Assembly: GCA_934131695.1 (NCBI GenBank)
Contig: CAKOZV010000001.1
Coordinates: 10,060-74,059 of the forward strand
Reading direction: 5' to 3'
DNA from: an uncultured Bacilli bacterium
Lineage (GTDB): Bacteria; Bacillota_I; Bacilli_A; RF39; UBA660
DNA length: 64,000 nt
Positions within the stretch are counted from its first letter, which is position 1. Every line of letters begins with the position of its first letter. The notes under the pieces were generated by a model. That model was given only the letters and a program-made list of their open reading frames with translations. It ran no database searches and was not told where the DNA came from. The position numbers were made by a program, and so were the translations under genes. Positions 48,523-58,432 of the stretch are shown in pieces.

Positions 48523-49580
48523 AAAGAAAATTATTTTTAATTATGGTAATAGCATTTCTATTACTAATAAGTAGTATACCAGTGTCTGCTAAAAACTTAA
48601 GTAAATATCAGACAGTAAAGACAAAAGAAAAAACTTTATCCACAGGTATTGTGGAAAAAATTGATGTGAATATAACTAAGAGAGTAATAGATAGTGTTAC
48701 AGCAACTTATACTATTCCTGAAAATTATAATGAAGATACCATTGATATAGTACCAACTATTTTTAAATCAATAAGTGAAAGTGATGGCTATCTACCAGGA
48801 GATGGAATAAAAGTAAATATTAAAATAGTAAATAAATCAAATAATAAATATCACTATAAAGATAAAAGTTTTATTTTATCAACTATGGATATAAGTGATT
48901 ATCAAGAAAAAATTATTGGTAGTAAAGGATTCGATGGTCAGGAGATAGCAACTAGCTATGGACCAGATAGAACTGCCAATACAGCATTACGAAGCTTGTA
49001 TCAAAAAAGTATTAAAAAAGAGATGGTAACAGATGAAGCATTAGCTGAAAAACTCAAAGAGAATGGTTATAAAGGTATAGAAGAATTAGATAAATATTAC
49101 TTAGACTTCTATAATAAGAAATATAATCTAGAATGTACTAAGTTAGAAGATTTTCCAGCTAAAGTAGTTAGTGAAATATTTAATGGAAACGACTTACCAA
49201 TTAAAGAAAGTAATCTAGAAATAGTAGAGCTTGGTTATAATTATTGGTATAACATGTTATTTAGTCTTTTATTTGGTGATGAGAAATATGACTATAAGAC
49301 TAGTGATTTAACCTCAGTTGGTAGTTATATGCGAAATAGAGAATTAGGTAATAATTATTTTGCTAAAGATTTAGAGACAATTAATTCAATGGGTGAAAAT
49401 AATCTAACAACTATGAAATTCTTTATAAATGGACCATATACAACAAATGCTTATATGAATTATGAATTTAGTAGTTATTTAGAATTTCAATTAGTAAAAG
49501 AACAAAAGGAAGAAGTAGAAGTTAGTAATGTAGTTGAAGAACAAACAGATGAAATTATACCTCCTAAGACAGGAGTTTAG
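48519..49580 (+). CDS. Secreted protein ending in a PPKTG sortase motif with no membrane anchor
   Basis: Signal peptide (LLLISSIPVSAKN). The C-terminus is ..EIIPPKTGV*, so the (S/P)PxTG-type motif is followed by one residue and a stop. Confidence 0.55.
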   Translation: MKRKLFLIMVIAFLLLISSIPVSAKNLSKYQTVKTKEKTLSTGIVEKIDVNITKRVIDSVTATYTIPENYNEDTIDIVPTIFKSISESDGYLPGDGIKVNIKIVNKSNNKYHYKDKSFILSTMDISDYQEKIIGSKGFDGQEIATSYGPDRTANTALRSLYQKSIKKEMVTDEALAEKLKENGYKGIEELDKYYLDFYNKKYNLECTKLEDFPAKVVSEIFNGNDLPIKESNLEIVELGYNYWYNMLFSLLFGDEKYDYKTSDLTSVGSYMRNRELGNNYFAKDLETINSMGENNLTTMKFFINGPYTTNAYMNYEFSSYLEFQLVKEQKEEVEVSNVVEEQTDEIIPPKTGV

Positions 49581-49581
49581 T

Positions 49582-49608
49582 ATCAGTTATTATAACTGAT
49601 ATTTTTTT
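49582..49608 (+). terminator. Rho-independent terminator
   Basis: Stem atcagtta/taactgat (8 bp), 3-nt loop, T7. Confidence 0.75.
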
Positions 49609-49647
49609 GTATAAAAGTTAAAAAACTATTAATAATAATATTGGAGG

Positions 49648-49878
49648 ATGATAAAAATGAATTATGAACAAGTACCAGATATTATTTCTAGTAAAGATTT
49701 AGATTATTTAGAAGATATGTTTAATTATAATTATCTAGGTTATAAAAAAATAGTTAATTATATAGATATGGTAAATAATCTAGAAATAGAAGAGATAATG
49801 GAAAAAGCAGGTAATACTTTTAATGAAAATATGCAAGAGATATTAGATATCCTAAAACAAGGAGGTAACAATGAATAA
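49648..49878 (+). CDS. Small helical protein, possible partner of a Coat-F-like protein
   Basis: 76 aa. Overlaps the next ORF. Weak resemblance to a Coat F half-domain. Confidence 0.35.
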   Translation: MIKMNYEQVPDIISSKDLDYLEDMFNYNYLGYKKIVNYIDMVNNLEIEEIMEKAGNTFNENMQEILDILKQGGNNE

Positions 49879-50188
49879 AGAAATTTCTAATCAAAAGATA
49901 GAAGTAGAAGAAGGTATAGAATTAAATGATAAAGATTATATAAATGATTTGTTAGCAACCTTAAAATATATGGTGAAAGATTATAACGTAGCACTTACAG
50001 AAGCAAGTAATGAGACATTATTTAGTAAATATAAGAAAATGTATGATGACTTATTACAATTACAAAGAGAAACATTTGAAACTATGTTTAGATGTGGATT
50101 TTATAAATTAGAAGAAGCGGATGCTACTAAAATGACAGAAAAATATCAAATATTATCACAAGAAAAAGAAAAAATAGAAGGAGAATAA
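49871..50188 (+). CDS. Spore coat protein F (Coat_F domain)-like protein
   Basis: LNDKDYINDLLATLKYMVKDYNVALTEASNETLFSKYKKMYDDLLQLQRETFETMFRCGFY fits the Coat F four-helix pattern. Confidence 0.6.
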   Translation: MNKEISNQKIEVEEGIELNDKDYINDLLATLKYMVKDYNVALTEASNETLFSKYKKMYDDLLQLQRETFETMFRCGFYKLEEADATKMTEKYQILSQEKEKIEGE

Positions 50189-50189
50189 A

Positions 50190-50627
50190 ATGAAAGAGAC
50201 AAATGAATTATTAGAACATATTTATAAAGATGCTTCCATGGGAAGTTATACAATGGAACACTTATTAGAAGATTTGAAAGATAGAGATAATAAGATTAAA
50301 GGACTAGCTGAAGATATCTTAAAAGAATATCAAGAATTTAAAAGTAAGGCTAAAGAACAATTAAAAAAAGAAAATGTTAAACTTGAAGAAGAAGGACTAA
50401 TTGCAAAAATGATGTCAACGATGGGAATTACTAAAGAAATAAAGAAAGATAATAGTGATGCTGCTATTGCTGATATGTTAATTAAAGGTGTATCAATGGG
50501 CTCTATTGAAATGGAAAAGAAAATAAAAGACTTTGCAAAAGAAGCAGAGAAAGAAGATAAAAAATTAGCAGAAGACTTTTTAAAGTTTCAACAGAAAACT
50601 GTGGATAAATTAAAAGAATACTTATAA
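50190..50627 (+). CDS. Hypothetical helical protein
   Basis: 145 aa, K/E-rich and helical. Begins 2 nt after the previous stop codon. A terminator follows at 50629-50649. Confidence 0.4.
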   Translation: MKETNELLEHIYKDASMGSYTMEHLLEDLKDRDNKIKGLAEDILKEYQEFKSKAKEQLKKENVKLEEEGLIAKMMSTMGITKEIKKDNSDAAIADMLIKGVSMGSIEMEKKIKDFAKEAEKEDKKLAEDFLKFQQKTVDKLKEYL

Positions 50628-50697
50628 GACTGTGGAAAACAGTTTTTTTCTTGACAAAATTTTAATATAAGATATTATTAAAATAGAGGTATGCGGT

Positions 50698-51978
50698 ATG
50701 AGAAAAAAAGTGTTAATAGTATTAGGCATCTTATCACTGATTATAGCTGTTTCTCTTTTTGGAATGGCTAAGATAGTTAACGATAGAAATGAATTACAAT
50801 ATAAAAAAACTTATCAAGCTTATACATTGTTATATAAGGATGTGGATAAAAAGATTCCCATAGATGATATTACTTTGGAATCTGTGGAAAAAGTTAAAAA
50901 GTCAGTTGATTTAGTTGTGGATAAAGAAAAAAAGAAAGATTTAACGACAAATCTACAAGAATTAAATAAATACATTAAACTTAGAGATGATATTAATAAC
51001 TACTATGAAAATGATATAGTTAAGTCTAGTACCACTCTTGAAATGGTAAATGAACTATTAGAAAGAAATAATAAATTAATAAAGGCTCATCAAGAATTAT
51101 TACTTCCTAAGATTAATACCATTAAAGAACAAGTTACTAATATTAACACTTATAAATCATCAGTAGTATCATTATTTACTGATAATACATATCAAACAGT
51201 AAGAAGTGATATAACAAGAGAAAATTTAAATCAAGTTCTTGCTCTAAAAAATAATGTATTACAACAAGATGTAATTAATGAACAAGATAATTATCTTAAT
51301 ATAGTAGATAAAGAATTAGCTTATAGGGAAGAACAAGAAAGAATAAGACAAGAAGAGGAGAGAAAAAGAAAAGAAGAAGAAGCTAGAAAAGAAAGAGAAA
51401 GACAAATAAAAGAAGCTTGGACAGTTTTAAATGTGCCATATATTAGTCAAAATAAAAATGGGGTTATTAATGGTTGTGAAGCAGCTTGTATGTTGATGGC
51501 TTTACAATATAAAGGTTATTTACAAAATATGGATTTAGTGACTTATGCTACTGATATGCCTAAAAGTACTAATCCATTTAGTGGTTTTACCTATGATATT
51601 TTCACAGAAGATCCAGTAAGCGTACCTCATTGGATAGCACCTAGCCCTTTAGTAGCTTATGGTAAAACATCATCGGGGTATATTAATATAGAAGATGCTA
51701 CAGGAGCAACATTAACCGACTTAGACAATCAAGTAGCAGCAGGTAATCCAGTAATAATTTATTTAACATCAAAACTAAATAAACCTAAAGCTTATATAGA
51801 AGGAGCACCTAAGAATGTTCATGTCTTATTATTAGTAGGATATAATTCAATCACTAAAGAACAAATATTAATTGACCCATGGACACATGATGATGGAAGA
51901 ACCAGCTGGCATGTTCCTAAAAGTAAAATAGAACAAATATATAATAATACATCTAAAAGAGCAGTCGTTATAAAATAA
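50698..51978 (+). CDS. Membrane-anchored protein with a C-terminal C39-like (YvpB-type) cysteine peptidase domain
   Basis: N-terminal TM helix, a long helical linker with an E/R/K-rich segment, then VPYISQNKNGVINGCEAACMLMALQYKG, which is the catalytic Cys context typical of Peptidase_C39_2. Confidence 0.55.
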   Translation: MRKKVLIVLGILSLIIAVSLFGMAKIVNDRNELQYKKTYQAYTLLYKDVDKKIPIDDITLESVEKVKKSVDLVVDKEKKKDLTTNLQELNKYIKLRDDINNYYENDIVKSSTTLEMVNELLERNNKLIKAHQELLLPKINTIKEQVTNINTYKSSVVSLFTDNTYQTVRSDITRENLNQVLALKNNVLQQDVINEQDNYLNIVDKELAYREEQERIRQEEERKRKEEEARKERERQIKEAWTVLNVPYISQNKNGVINGCEAACMLMALQYKGYLQNMDLVTYATDMPKSTNPFSGFTYDIFTEDPVSVPHWIAPSPLVAYGKTSSGYINIEDATGATLTDLDNQVAAGNPVIIYLTSKLNKPKAYIEGAPKNVHVLLLVGYNSITKEQILIDPWTHDDGRTSWHVPKSKIEQIYNNTSKRAVVIK

Positions 51979-52029
51979 TATGACTGTTTTTTAACTTCTA
52001 ATGATATACTTATAAAGAGAAGGTGAAAT

Positions 52030-54330
52030 ATGTTAGATTTAAAAAATATAAGTAAAAGTTATAAGACAGGTAACTTTGTTCAGCATGCTTTGAAAAAAGT
52101 AAACTTAAGTTTTAGAAAGAATGAGTTTGTAGCTATACTTGGTCCATCTGGTAGTGGAAAAACAACTCTATTAAATATCATTGGTGGACTAGATAGATAT
52201 GACTCAGGTGATTTAATTATTAATGGAAAGAGTACTAAAAAGTTTAAAGCAACAGAATGGGATAGTTATCGTAATAACTGTGTTGGTTTTATTTTTCAAT
52301 CATATAACCTAATTAGTCACATCAGTGTTTTAGAAAATGTAGAAATGGCTTTAACCTTATCTGGTTATAAAAGAAAAAATAAAAGAGAAAAGGCTTTAGA
52401 AGCCTTAGATAAAGTTGGTTTAAAAGACCATGCTCATAAAAGACCTAATCAATTAAGTGGTGGTCAAATGCAAAGAGTAGCAATAGCTAGAAGTTTAGTC
52501 AATAACCCTGATATAATTCTAGCAGATGAACCAACTGGAGCACTTGACTCTACTACTAGTGTGCAAATAATGAATCTTATTAAAGAAATAGCTAAAGATA
52601 AATTAGTTATAATGGTAACTCATAATCCAGAACTTGCCAAAGATTATGCTAGTAGAATTATTGAATTTAAAGATGGAGAAATACTATCAGACTCTAATCC
52701 GATTAAAGAGGAAGAAATAGATACAGGAACAGTTCATATCAAAAAAACAGTACTTAGTTATTTATCAGCTATTCACTTGTCATTCAATAACATTAAAACT
52801 AAAAAAGGAAGAACATTTCTTACTGCCTTTGCTGCTTCTATTGGTATAATTGGTATTGCTCTAATTCTATCACTTTCCAATGGTTTTCAACTACAAATAG
52901 ATAAGTTTGAGAAAAGTACCTTATCACAAATGCCTATAACTATTAGTAGTCAAGCTATGCAAATGGATGATGATACTCTTGAAAAACAAATGCAAACATC
53001 AACTAATAAAGAAGATAAGTATCCAACTGAAAAGATAATAAAACCAACTGAATCCGTAATGGAAAAAATAGTACATACTAACAATATAACTAAAGATTAT
53101 ATAAATTATATAGAAAACATTGATAGTAATCTTTTAAGCGGTATATCTTATCTTAAGAAAACAGGACTTAATCTAATAACTAAAGATAACAATAATAACT
53201 ATAAAAAAGTAGATATGGCAAATAGTATGGTGTGGCAAATTTTCCCTACTAGGACACAAGACAAAGAATCAGGCATAGTAGAAGATAATTATGATGTTTT
53301 AGCAGGAAAGATAGATAGTAAAGAAGAAGGACTGATTTTAGCAATAGATTCCAAAAATGAGGTTAGTAAAACACTAATTGAATCTTTAGGATTTGATTCA
53401 TCTAAAAATATATCCTTCGATGACATATTAAATAAAGAATTAAAAATAGTTACTAATAATGATTACTATAAAAAACTAGGTAATAATTTTATTCCGACTA
53501 GTAATTATGACGAAGCATATAACAATGCTAATAGTATAACGGTTAAAATAAAAGCTATTATTAGAGGAAAAGAAGATAAGGAAATGTTTACTAATCAAGC
53601 AGTAATATTTTATACTGGGGCTTTAGTTGATAAAGTTATTTCTATAAATAAAGATAGTGAGATAGTAAAAGATCAAGAAGATAAAGATTATAATATTTTA
53701 ACTGGTACTAGTTTTGATGATACTACTACTAAAGATGATATCTTAGCTTATTTAGGAGCAGATATGACACCGGCTGTTATTTATCTTTATCCAAAGGATT
53801 TTGCTAGTAAGGATAAAATAACTAGTTACTTAGATAAATATAATAAAAATAAAGCTGATAATGATAAAATAACTTATACAGATATGGCAAAATTAATGAG
53901 TAGTTTATCTAGTGGAATAATGGATGCTATTACCGTAGTATTAATTGCTTTTTCATCAATATCTTTAGTAGTATCTAGTATAATGATAGCTATAATTACT
54001 TATATATCTGTCTTAGAAAGAACTAAAGAAATAGGTATTTTAAGAGCTTTGGGTGCAAGAGCAAAAGATATAACTAGAGTATTTAATGCTGAAACTATGT
54101 TAATTGGTTTATGTAGTGGAATCTTAGGACTAGTTATCGCTTATCTATTAACTTTTCCAGCTAATAGAATAATTGAAAATTTGTCAGGACTAGCTTCTGT
54201 TGCTAAACTTAATCCAGTTCATGCTTTAATTCTCTTATTAATAAGTGTATCTTTAACTGTACTTAGTGGTTTCATTCCTGCTAAGATGGCAAGTAAAAAA
54301 GACCCAGTTATTGCTCTTAGAACAGAATAG
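52030..54330 (+). CDS. Fused ABC ATPase plus FtsX-type permease (MacB-like)
   Basis: N-terminal NBD (GPSGSGKTT, LSGGQMQRVAIARS, ILADEPTGALD), a large extracytoplasmic domain and a C-terminal FtsX 4-TM module. Confidence 0.85.
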   Translation: MLDLKNISKSYKTGNFVQHALKKVNLSFRKNEFVAILGPSGSGKTTLLNIIGGLDRYDSGDLIINGKSTKKFKATEWDSYRNNCVGFIFQSYNLISHISVLENVEMALTLSGYKRKNKREKALEALDKVGLKDHAHKRPNQLSGGQMQRVAIARSLVNNPDIILADEPTGALDSTTSVQIMNLIKEIAKDKLVIMVTHNPELAKDYASRIIEFKDGEILSDSNPIKEEEIDTGTVHIKKTVLSYLSAIHLSFNNIKTKKGRTFLTAFAASIGIIGIALILSLSNGFQLQIDKFEKSTLSQMPITISSQAMQMDDDTLEKQMQTSTNKEDKYPTEKIIKPTESVMEKIVHTNNITKDYINYIENIDSNLLSGISYLKKTGLNLITKDNNNNYKKVDMANSMVWQIFPTRTQDKESGIVEDNYDVLAGKIDSKEEGLILAIDSKNEVSKTLIESLGFDSSKNISFDDILNKELKIVTNNDYYKKLGNNFIPTSNYDEAYNNANSITVKIKAIIRGKEDKEMFTNQAVIFYTGALVDKVISINKDSEIVKDQEDKDYNILTGTSFDDTTTKDDILAYLGADMTPAVIYLYPKDFASKDKITSYLDKYNKNKADNDKITYTDMAKLMSSLSSGIMDAITVVLIAFSSISLVVSSIMIAIITYISVLERTKEIGILRALGARAKDITRVFNAETMLIGLCSGILGLVIAYLLTFPANRIIENLSGLASVAKLNPVHALILLLISVSLTVLSGFIPAKMASKKDPVIALRTE

Positions 54331-54382
54331 TCTTTAAAAAGTAAAAAAACTTTGCTATACTTAAGTAGTAAAGTTTTTACAT

Positions 54383-54458
54383 GCCGACTTAGCTTAGCTG
54401 GTAGAGCAACGCACTCGTAACGCGTAGGTCGAAGGTTCGAATCCTTTAGTCGGCACCA
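54383..54458 (+). tRNA. tRNA-Thr (anticodon CGT)
   Basis: Manual cloverleaf: acceptor gccgact/agtcggc, D arm gctt..gagc, anticodon loop ctCGTaa, T arm gaagg-ttcgaat-ccttt, encoded CCA. 76 nt. A terminator hairpin with T7 follows at 54500-54522. Confidence 0.9.
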
Positions 54459-54701
54459 TTAATTAATATATTCGATTATTCGACCTTCTAGATATATATC
54501 AATCAGAAATGATTGTTTTTTTATTTTTGAAAACCACCTTAGAAAGTTAAACACTTTAGATAAAGGATAAATGAGATGCATATCAGTGACAAAGTAAAGT
54601 TGTGTTGAATATTGATAGATGATGATATTGAATTATAATGTAAAATAATTGTAAAAAATATAATATTTCAAGCAATTGTGTTACAATGGTATTGAAAGGA
54701 A

Positions 54702-55106
54702 GTGCAATGTATGAATGTAGATTTAAGAAAAGGGGAATATTTTAATTATGGTGATAGATACTTTGTTAAATTTAATTATGAAAACAAAGAACAACAAGAT
54801 AAAATTTACAAGTTATTTAAAGAAGGATTAATTGGAAGTTATGGTTCAAATTCTGCAAGGGCAAATGAAGGAAAAGATTATATGATGCCTTATTTTGTAG
54901 ATGAAAATGAACAAATGACTCCAGAAAACACTGGAAAAATTGGTGGAACAAGTGTACCTGAAGATTTATTACCAGAGTTTATAAGAAGACTTGTTGAAGT
55001 TGATGGAGCAACTGTTAAAATTGGTGACAGTCAAATAAAAGAAAATTTTGATTATAATCAATTTGATGAAAATTTATCTTCAATTGAACGTCATAAAACT
55101 AAATAG
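54702..55106 (+). CDS. Hypothetical protein
   Basis: 134 aa with no recognisable domain. The probable start is ATG 54711. Confidence 0.4.
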   Translation: MQCMNVDLRKGEYFNYGDRYFVKFNYENKEQQDKIYKLFKEGLIGSYGSNSARANEGKDYMMPYFVDENEQMTPENTGKIGGTSVPEDLLPEFIRRLVEVDGATVKIGDSQIKENFDYNQFDENLSSIERHKTK

Positions 55107-55564
55107 TATTCTATAAAGAGTCTTTCCGTTTATTTTCGCTTATTGTATTATTTATATAGATTGATTCATTATAATTGTTATTGGCGAAAAAGTTATAAGC
55201 TTCTGAGTGTCAACACTATTAAGGATTATTTGAATTTTTTATGAAGTTCGTTTTTCATAAAAATGCACAATAAACGGTAAAAACAATAGTAAAAATAGCA
55301 TAAAATGCACAATAATTCAAAAATATTGTGCATTTTGTTGTAAAAAGTTAAAAAAAGTATATAGCAAAATTATAAATAAGAATGTAACTAATAGAAGTTA
55401 AAAAGTGTAATTATAATAAGAGATTATTAGAATTATTTGTTGATGCAAACGAAAGATATAGTAAATATAAATTTCTTCTGAAAAGTAATATTCCTAACTA
55501 TAACAGTTAGTTTTTTCTTTTTTATCTTGATCAAAAGAAGTATAATATAAGTAAGAAAAAATCA

Positions 55565-56074
55565 ATGTGTATAGGAGTAGTTATGAGTAAAGAAAATACA
55601 AAGTCAAATAAATTAATAATAGTGGCGTTTACTTTATATGTTTTATTACTAACTTGGATTATTGTCTTTAAATTTAGATTAAACTTATCGGATTTAAAAT
55701 ATATAAGAACAATTAACATTATTCCTTTTAAAGCTAATGGAGTAGTCAATGGAATGAGAGAAACAATTATCAATTTAGTTTTATTTATTCCTTTAGGAAT
55801 GTATCTAAAATATCTTTTAAATGATAGAAAAATTTTAAGTATAATTATAATTTCTTCAACTTCACTTTTATTTGAAATATTACAATACATCTTTCATATT
55901 GGTGTATCAGATATAACAGATATTATTATGAACACTATAGGTGGTATCATAGGAATGATTTTAATGATGATATTTCTTTCAATAACTAAGAAAAATAATA
56001 TATTAAATAAAACTTTAGATTATCTATTAATATTTTTACCACTAGTAATGTTTTTAGGACTATTTATAATTTAA
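55565..56074 (+). CDS. VanZ-family membrane protein
   Basis: 169 aa with 4-5 TM helices. Motifs NIIPFK, NLVLFIPLG, E.LQ and DITDIIMNTIGG are typical of VanZ-like proteins. Confidence 0.7.
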   Translation: MCIGVVMSKENTKSNKLIIVAFTLYVLLLTWIIVFKFRLNLSDLKYIRTINIIPFKANGVVNGMRETIINLVLFIPLGMYLKYLLNDRKILSIIIISSTSLLFEILQYIFHIGVSDITDIIMNTIGGIIGMILMMIFLSITKKNNILNKTLDYLLIFLPLVMFLGLFII

Positions 56075-56186
56075 TAAAAAGAAAGATAACAATGGTATTT
56101 TGTATAATATGGAAGATATTATAAAGGCTTACAAAAATGATATAATAGATGGTGAACAAATTACACTATTTTAATTATATAACTAC

Positions 56187-57062
56187 ATGAAAGGAATCGT
56201 TATGAGAAAAGAAGATATTATAAGAGATGAAAGGTTTAGACAGAAATGTAATTTATATGGTTTAAGTTGGGATGATTTTAGTTTAGGTCATCAAGAAATA
56301 TATGTAAATAATTCAACAAATAATATGTGTGTATTGCTCAATAATAATTATAATACGATAAACGTATTTGACTGGAATAAAGATTTTTGGTCTTGTTCTG
56401 ATGAAAAAATGATGTACAATTATTGTAAAGTTCATGGGATAATACCACTAAGCGAATGGTCATGTTATCCAATTCAAAAGTTTACCTTAAAACAGATAAT
56501 AAAGTTATCTAATATAACTGAAATATTAGAATCCACAGATAATCAAATAATAAGTATGAAAATAAATGGTAGCCTATATAATATTCAACAAGATAAGAAT
56601 GACAAAACCATTCAACTGCTATCTTACATAAAATTTTTAGGTGATGAATTAGAACTGTACTTTACAACAAGTTATCATTTTCAATCCATTGGTCTTGAGG
56701 TTCCAGACGTTTATTCTTATCTTGAAATTCTGATTAATAAAATAAATAATTATATCAAGAGTAATAATCAGGTATTACCAAATGATATTTTAGAACATAT
56801 TGGACGAAACGGTATGAACATACATACAAGTGCAATTTTATCAAATGTGATTGATTTAATTAAAAATGAAAAAAAAGTTGAAGACGAATCAGATGATTTA
56901 ACAGTAGCAACAAATAATTTATTGAAGATACTAGATAAAAGTGCTGATGAAATAAATAATTATAAAAAAAATAACAATCCGTTATCAACTGCTGATAATT
57001 ATGATTCATTTAAATCAACTGATGAAAAAAGAGTGGTATTAACAAAGGTGAAAAATAAATAA
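56187..57062 (+). CDS. Hypothetical protein
   Basis: 291 aa with no recognisable domain. Confidence 0.4.
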   Translation: MKGIVMRKEDIIRDERFRQKCNLYGLSWDDFSLGHQEIYVNNSTNNMCVLLNNNYNTINVFDWNKDFWSCSDEKMMYNYCKVHGIIPLSEWSCYPIQKFTLKQIIKLSNITEILESTDNQIISMKINGSLYNIQQDKNDKTIQLLSYIKFLGDELELYFTTSYHFQSIGLEVPDVYSYLEILINKINNYIKSNNQVLPNDILEHIGRNGMNIHTSAILSNVIDLIKNEKKVEDESDDLTVATNNLLKILDKSADEINNYKKNNNPLSTADNYDSFKSTDEKRVVLTKVKNK

Positions 57063-57083
57063 TAGTAAGGGAGAAGATAAATA

Positions 57084-57611
57084 ATGAATAAAACATTAGA
57101 AGATTTAAAAAGTAGAAGAAGTTGTAGAAACTTCAAAAATGATATGATAACTGAAAAAGAATTAGAGGCTGTTATAGAAACTGGTACTTATGCTCCAACT
57201 GGACATGGAAAACAATCACCAATTATTATAGCAATAACTAATAAAGAAATACGTGATAAAGTTGCTGAAGAGAATAGAAAAATAGCTGACTTTAAAGAAG
57301 AGATTGATCCATTTTATGGAGCACCAGTTATTTTAGCAGTCTTAGCTGACAAAACTGTACCAACCTATATTTATGATGGAAGTTTAGTTCTTGGTAATAT
57401 GTTAAATGCTGCTGAAAGTTTAGGCTTGGGTAGCATTTGGATCCATAGAGCAAAGGAAGAATTTGAATTACCTTTTGGAAAAGAATTACTTAAAAATTTA
57501 GGAATAGAAGGAGACTATGAGGGGATTGGTTTTTGTGCATTAGGTTACAAAAATAAAGAAACTCCAAAAGCAACTCCTCGTAAAGATAATTATATATATT
57601 ATATAAGATAA
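57084..57611 (+). CDS. Nitroreductase-family protein
   Basis: RRSCRNF N-terminal motif and overall nitroreductase layout. 175 aa. Confidence 0.8.
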   Translation: MNKTLEDLKSRRSCRNFKNDMITEKELEAVIETGTYAPTGHGKQSPIIIAITNKEIRDKVAEENRKIADFKEEIDPFYGAPVILAVLADKTVPTYIYDGSLVLGNMLNAAESLGLGSIWIHRAKEEFELPFGKELLKNLGIEGDYEGIGFCALGYKNKETPKATPRKDNYIYYIR

Positions 57612-57635
57612 TATTATTATAGGATGTGAAAATTT

Positions 57636-58151
57636 ATGAATGAAATAATGAAAATAATGGATACTATTGAGTATGGTTTTTTAGATAATTCTTCAAATGA
57701 TATCTTTAAAGATAAAGATGTAGAGCAAGTTTTTAATAAAATTTATTATCTTATGTCACCAGAAGAATTATTAGTAAAAAAGAAAGGCGTCTGTTGGGAT
57801 CAAGTGGAATTAGAAAGAAAACTATTTACAAACAATAGTATTAAAAACAAAACATACTTCATATATGTAGATAATCATGATACACTACCATCACATACTT
57901 TTCTTGTATTTTATAAGAATAATAAAGTCTACTGGTTTGAACATTCTTGGTATGATGAAAAAGGTATTCATGAGTATAATACTTTGAATGAGTTATTGTT
58001 AGATGTTAAAGAAAAGTTTTTAAGTAGTAGAAAAGATGAAATAGAATCAACTGATAAAGTTCATTTATATGAATATCAAAAACCTAAAAAATATCACCTT
58101 AGTTGTGAAGAGTTTTATCAATATATATTTACTCAAGAGAAAATATATTAA
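57636..58151 (+). CDS. Hypothetical protein (possible Cys-His hydrolase fold)
   Basis: 171 aa. The KKGVCWDQ and SHTF contexts hint at a transglutaminase or papain-like fold. This is speculative. Confidence 0.35.
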   Translation: MNEIMKIMDTIEYGFLDNSSNDIFKDKDVEQVFNKIYYLMSPEELLVKKKGVCWDQVELERKLFTNNSIKNKTYFIYVDNHDTLPSHTFLVFYKNNKVYWFEHSWYDEKGIHEYNTLNELLLDVKEKFLSSRKDEIESTDKVHLYEYQKPKKYHLSCEEFYQYIFTQEKIY

Positions 58152-58217
58152 AAAATAAAGTCCTGATAGGTCATAAAGCATCTTGTTAAAAGCTGTTTTA
58201 TATGATACTATTAGTAT

Positions 58218-58352
58218 GTAAGTAAGACTACTTGCATACAATAAAAAAAGGGAGTACTTAACTTTGCGTTGTTGAGTACTTGCCCTAAAATTAAGTTATA
58301 CTTAATCTAGACAGAGTACTTAATCTACACTTAGATTGAGTACTATTTTTTT
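58218..58352 (+). ncRNA. Candidate antisense (antitoxin) sRNA of a type I TA locus
   Basis: Promoter-like TTGTTA (58183-58188), 17 bp, TACTAT (58206-58211) with an upstream TG. 5' hairpin at 58214-58239. Strong terminator: 13-bp stem agtacttaatcta/tagattgagtact (58315-58344) plus T7 (58346-52). It would be complementary to the 3' end of the minus-strand peptide mRNA. Confidence 0.35.
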
Positions 58353-58432
58353 ATGCATAGAATCATTAAAGAGACTATTAATAAAATGATAATTAGTATT
58401 AGAAATGAGATTAGTAAATCTTTTTTCTTCAT
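58343..58432 (-). CDS. 29-aa hydrophobic peptide, candidate type I toxin
   Basis: Not in the ORF track. GGAGGC RBS (58446-58441), 8 nt, then ATG 58432. Translation is MKKKDLLISFLILIIILLIVSLMILCIKK*. Upstream on the minus strand is TTGTTT (58526-58521), 17 bp, TATAAT (58503-58498). Downstream is the hairpin gggcaagtact..agtactccc plus T7 (58287-58243). Confidence 0.5.
   Translation of the reverse strand: MKKKDLLISFLILIIILLIVSLMILCIKK

Noticed and set aside
47042-54382. The segment between ssrA and tRNA-Thr (kinase, sortase pair, CotF-like genes, C39-like protein, MacB-like ABC), considered as an ssrA-integrated island.
   Set aside because: I could not find a downstream duplicate of the ssrA 3' end, and there is no integrase. 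The gene content is compatible with the core genome.
55531-55890. A 119-aa minus-strand ORF overlapping the VanZ-like gene.
   Set aside because: The plus-strand ORF has recognisable VanZ motifs. The minus-strand ORF is a hydrophobic shadow frame.
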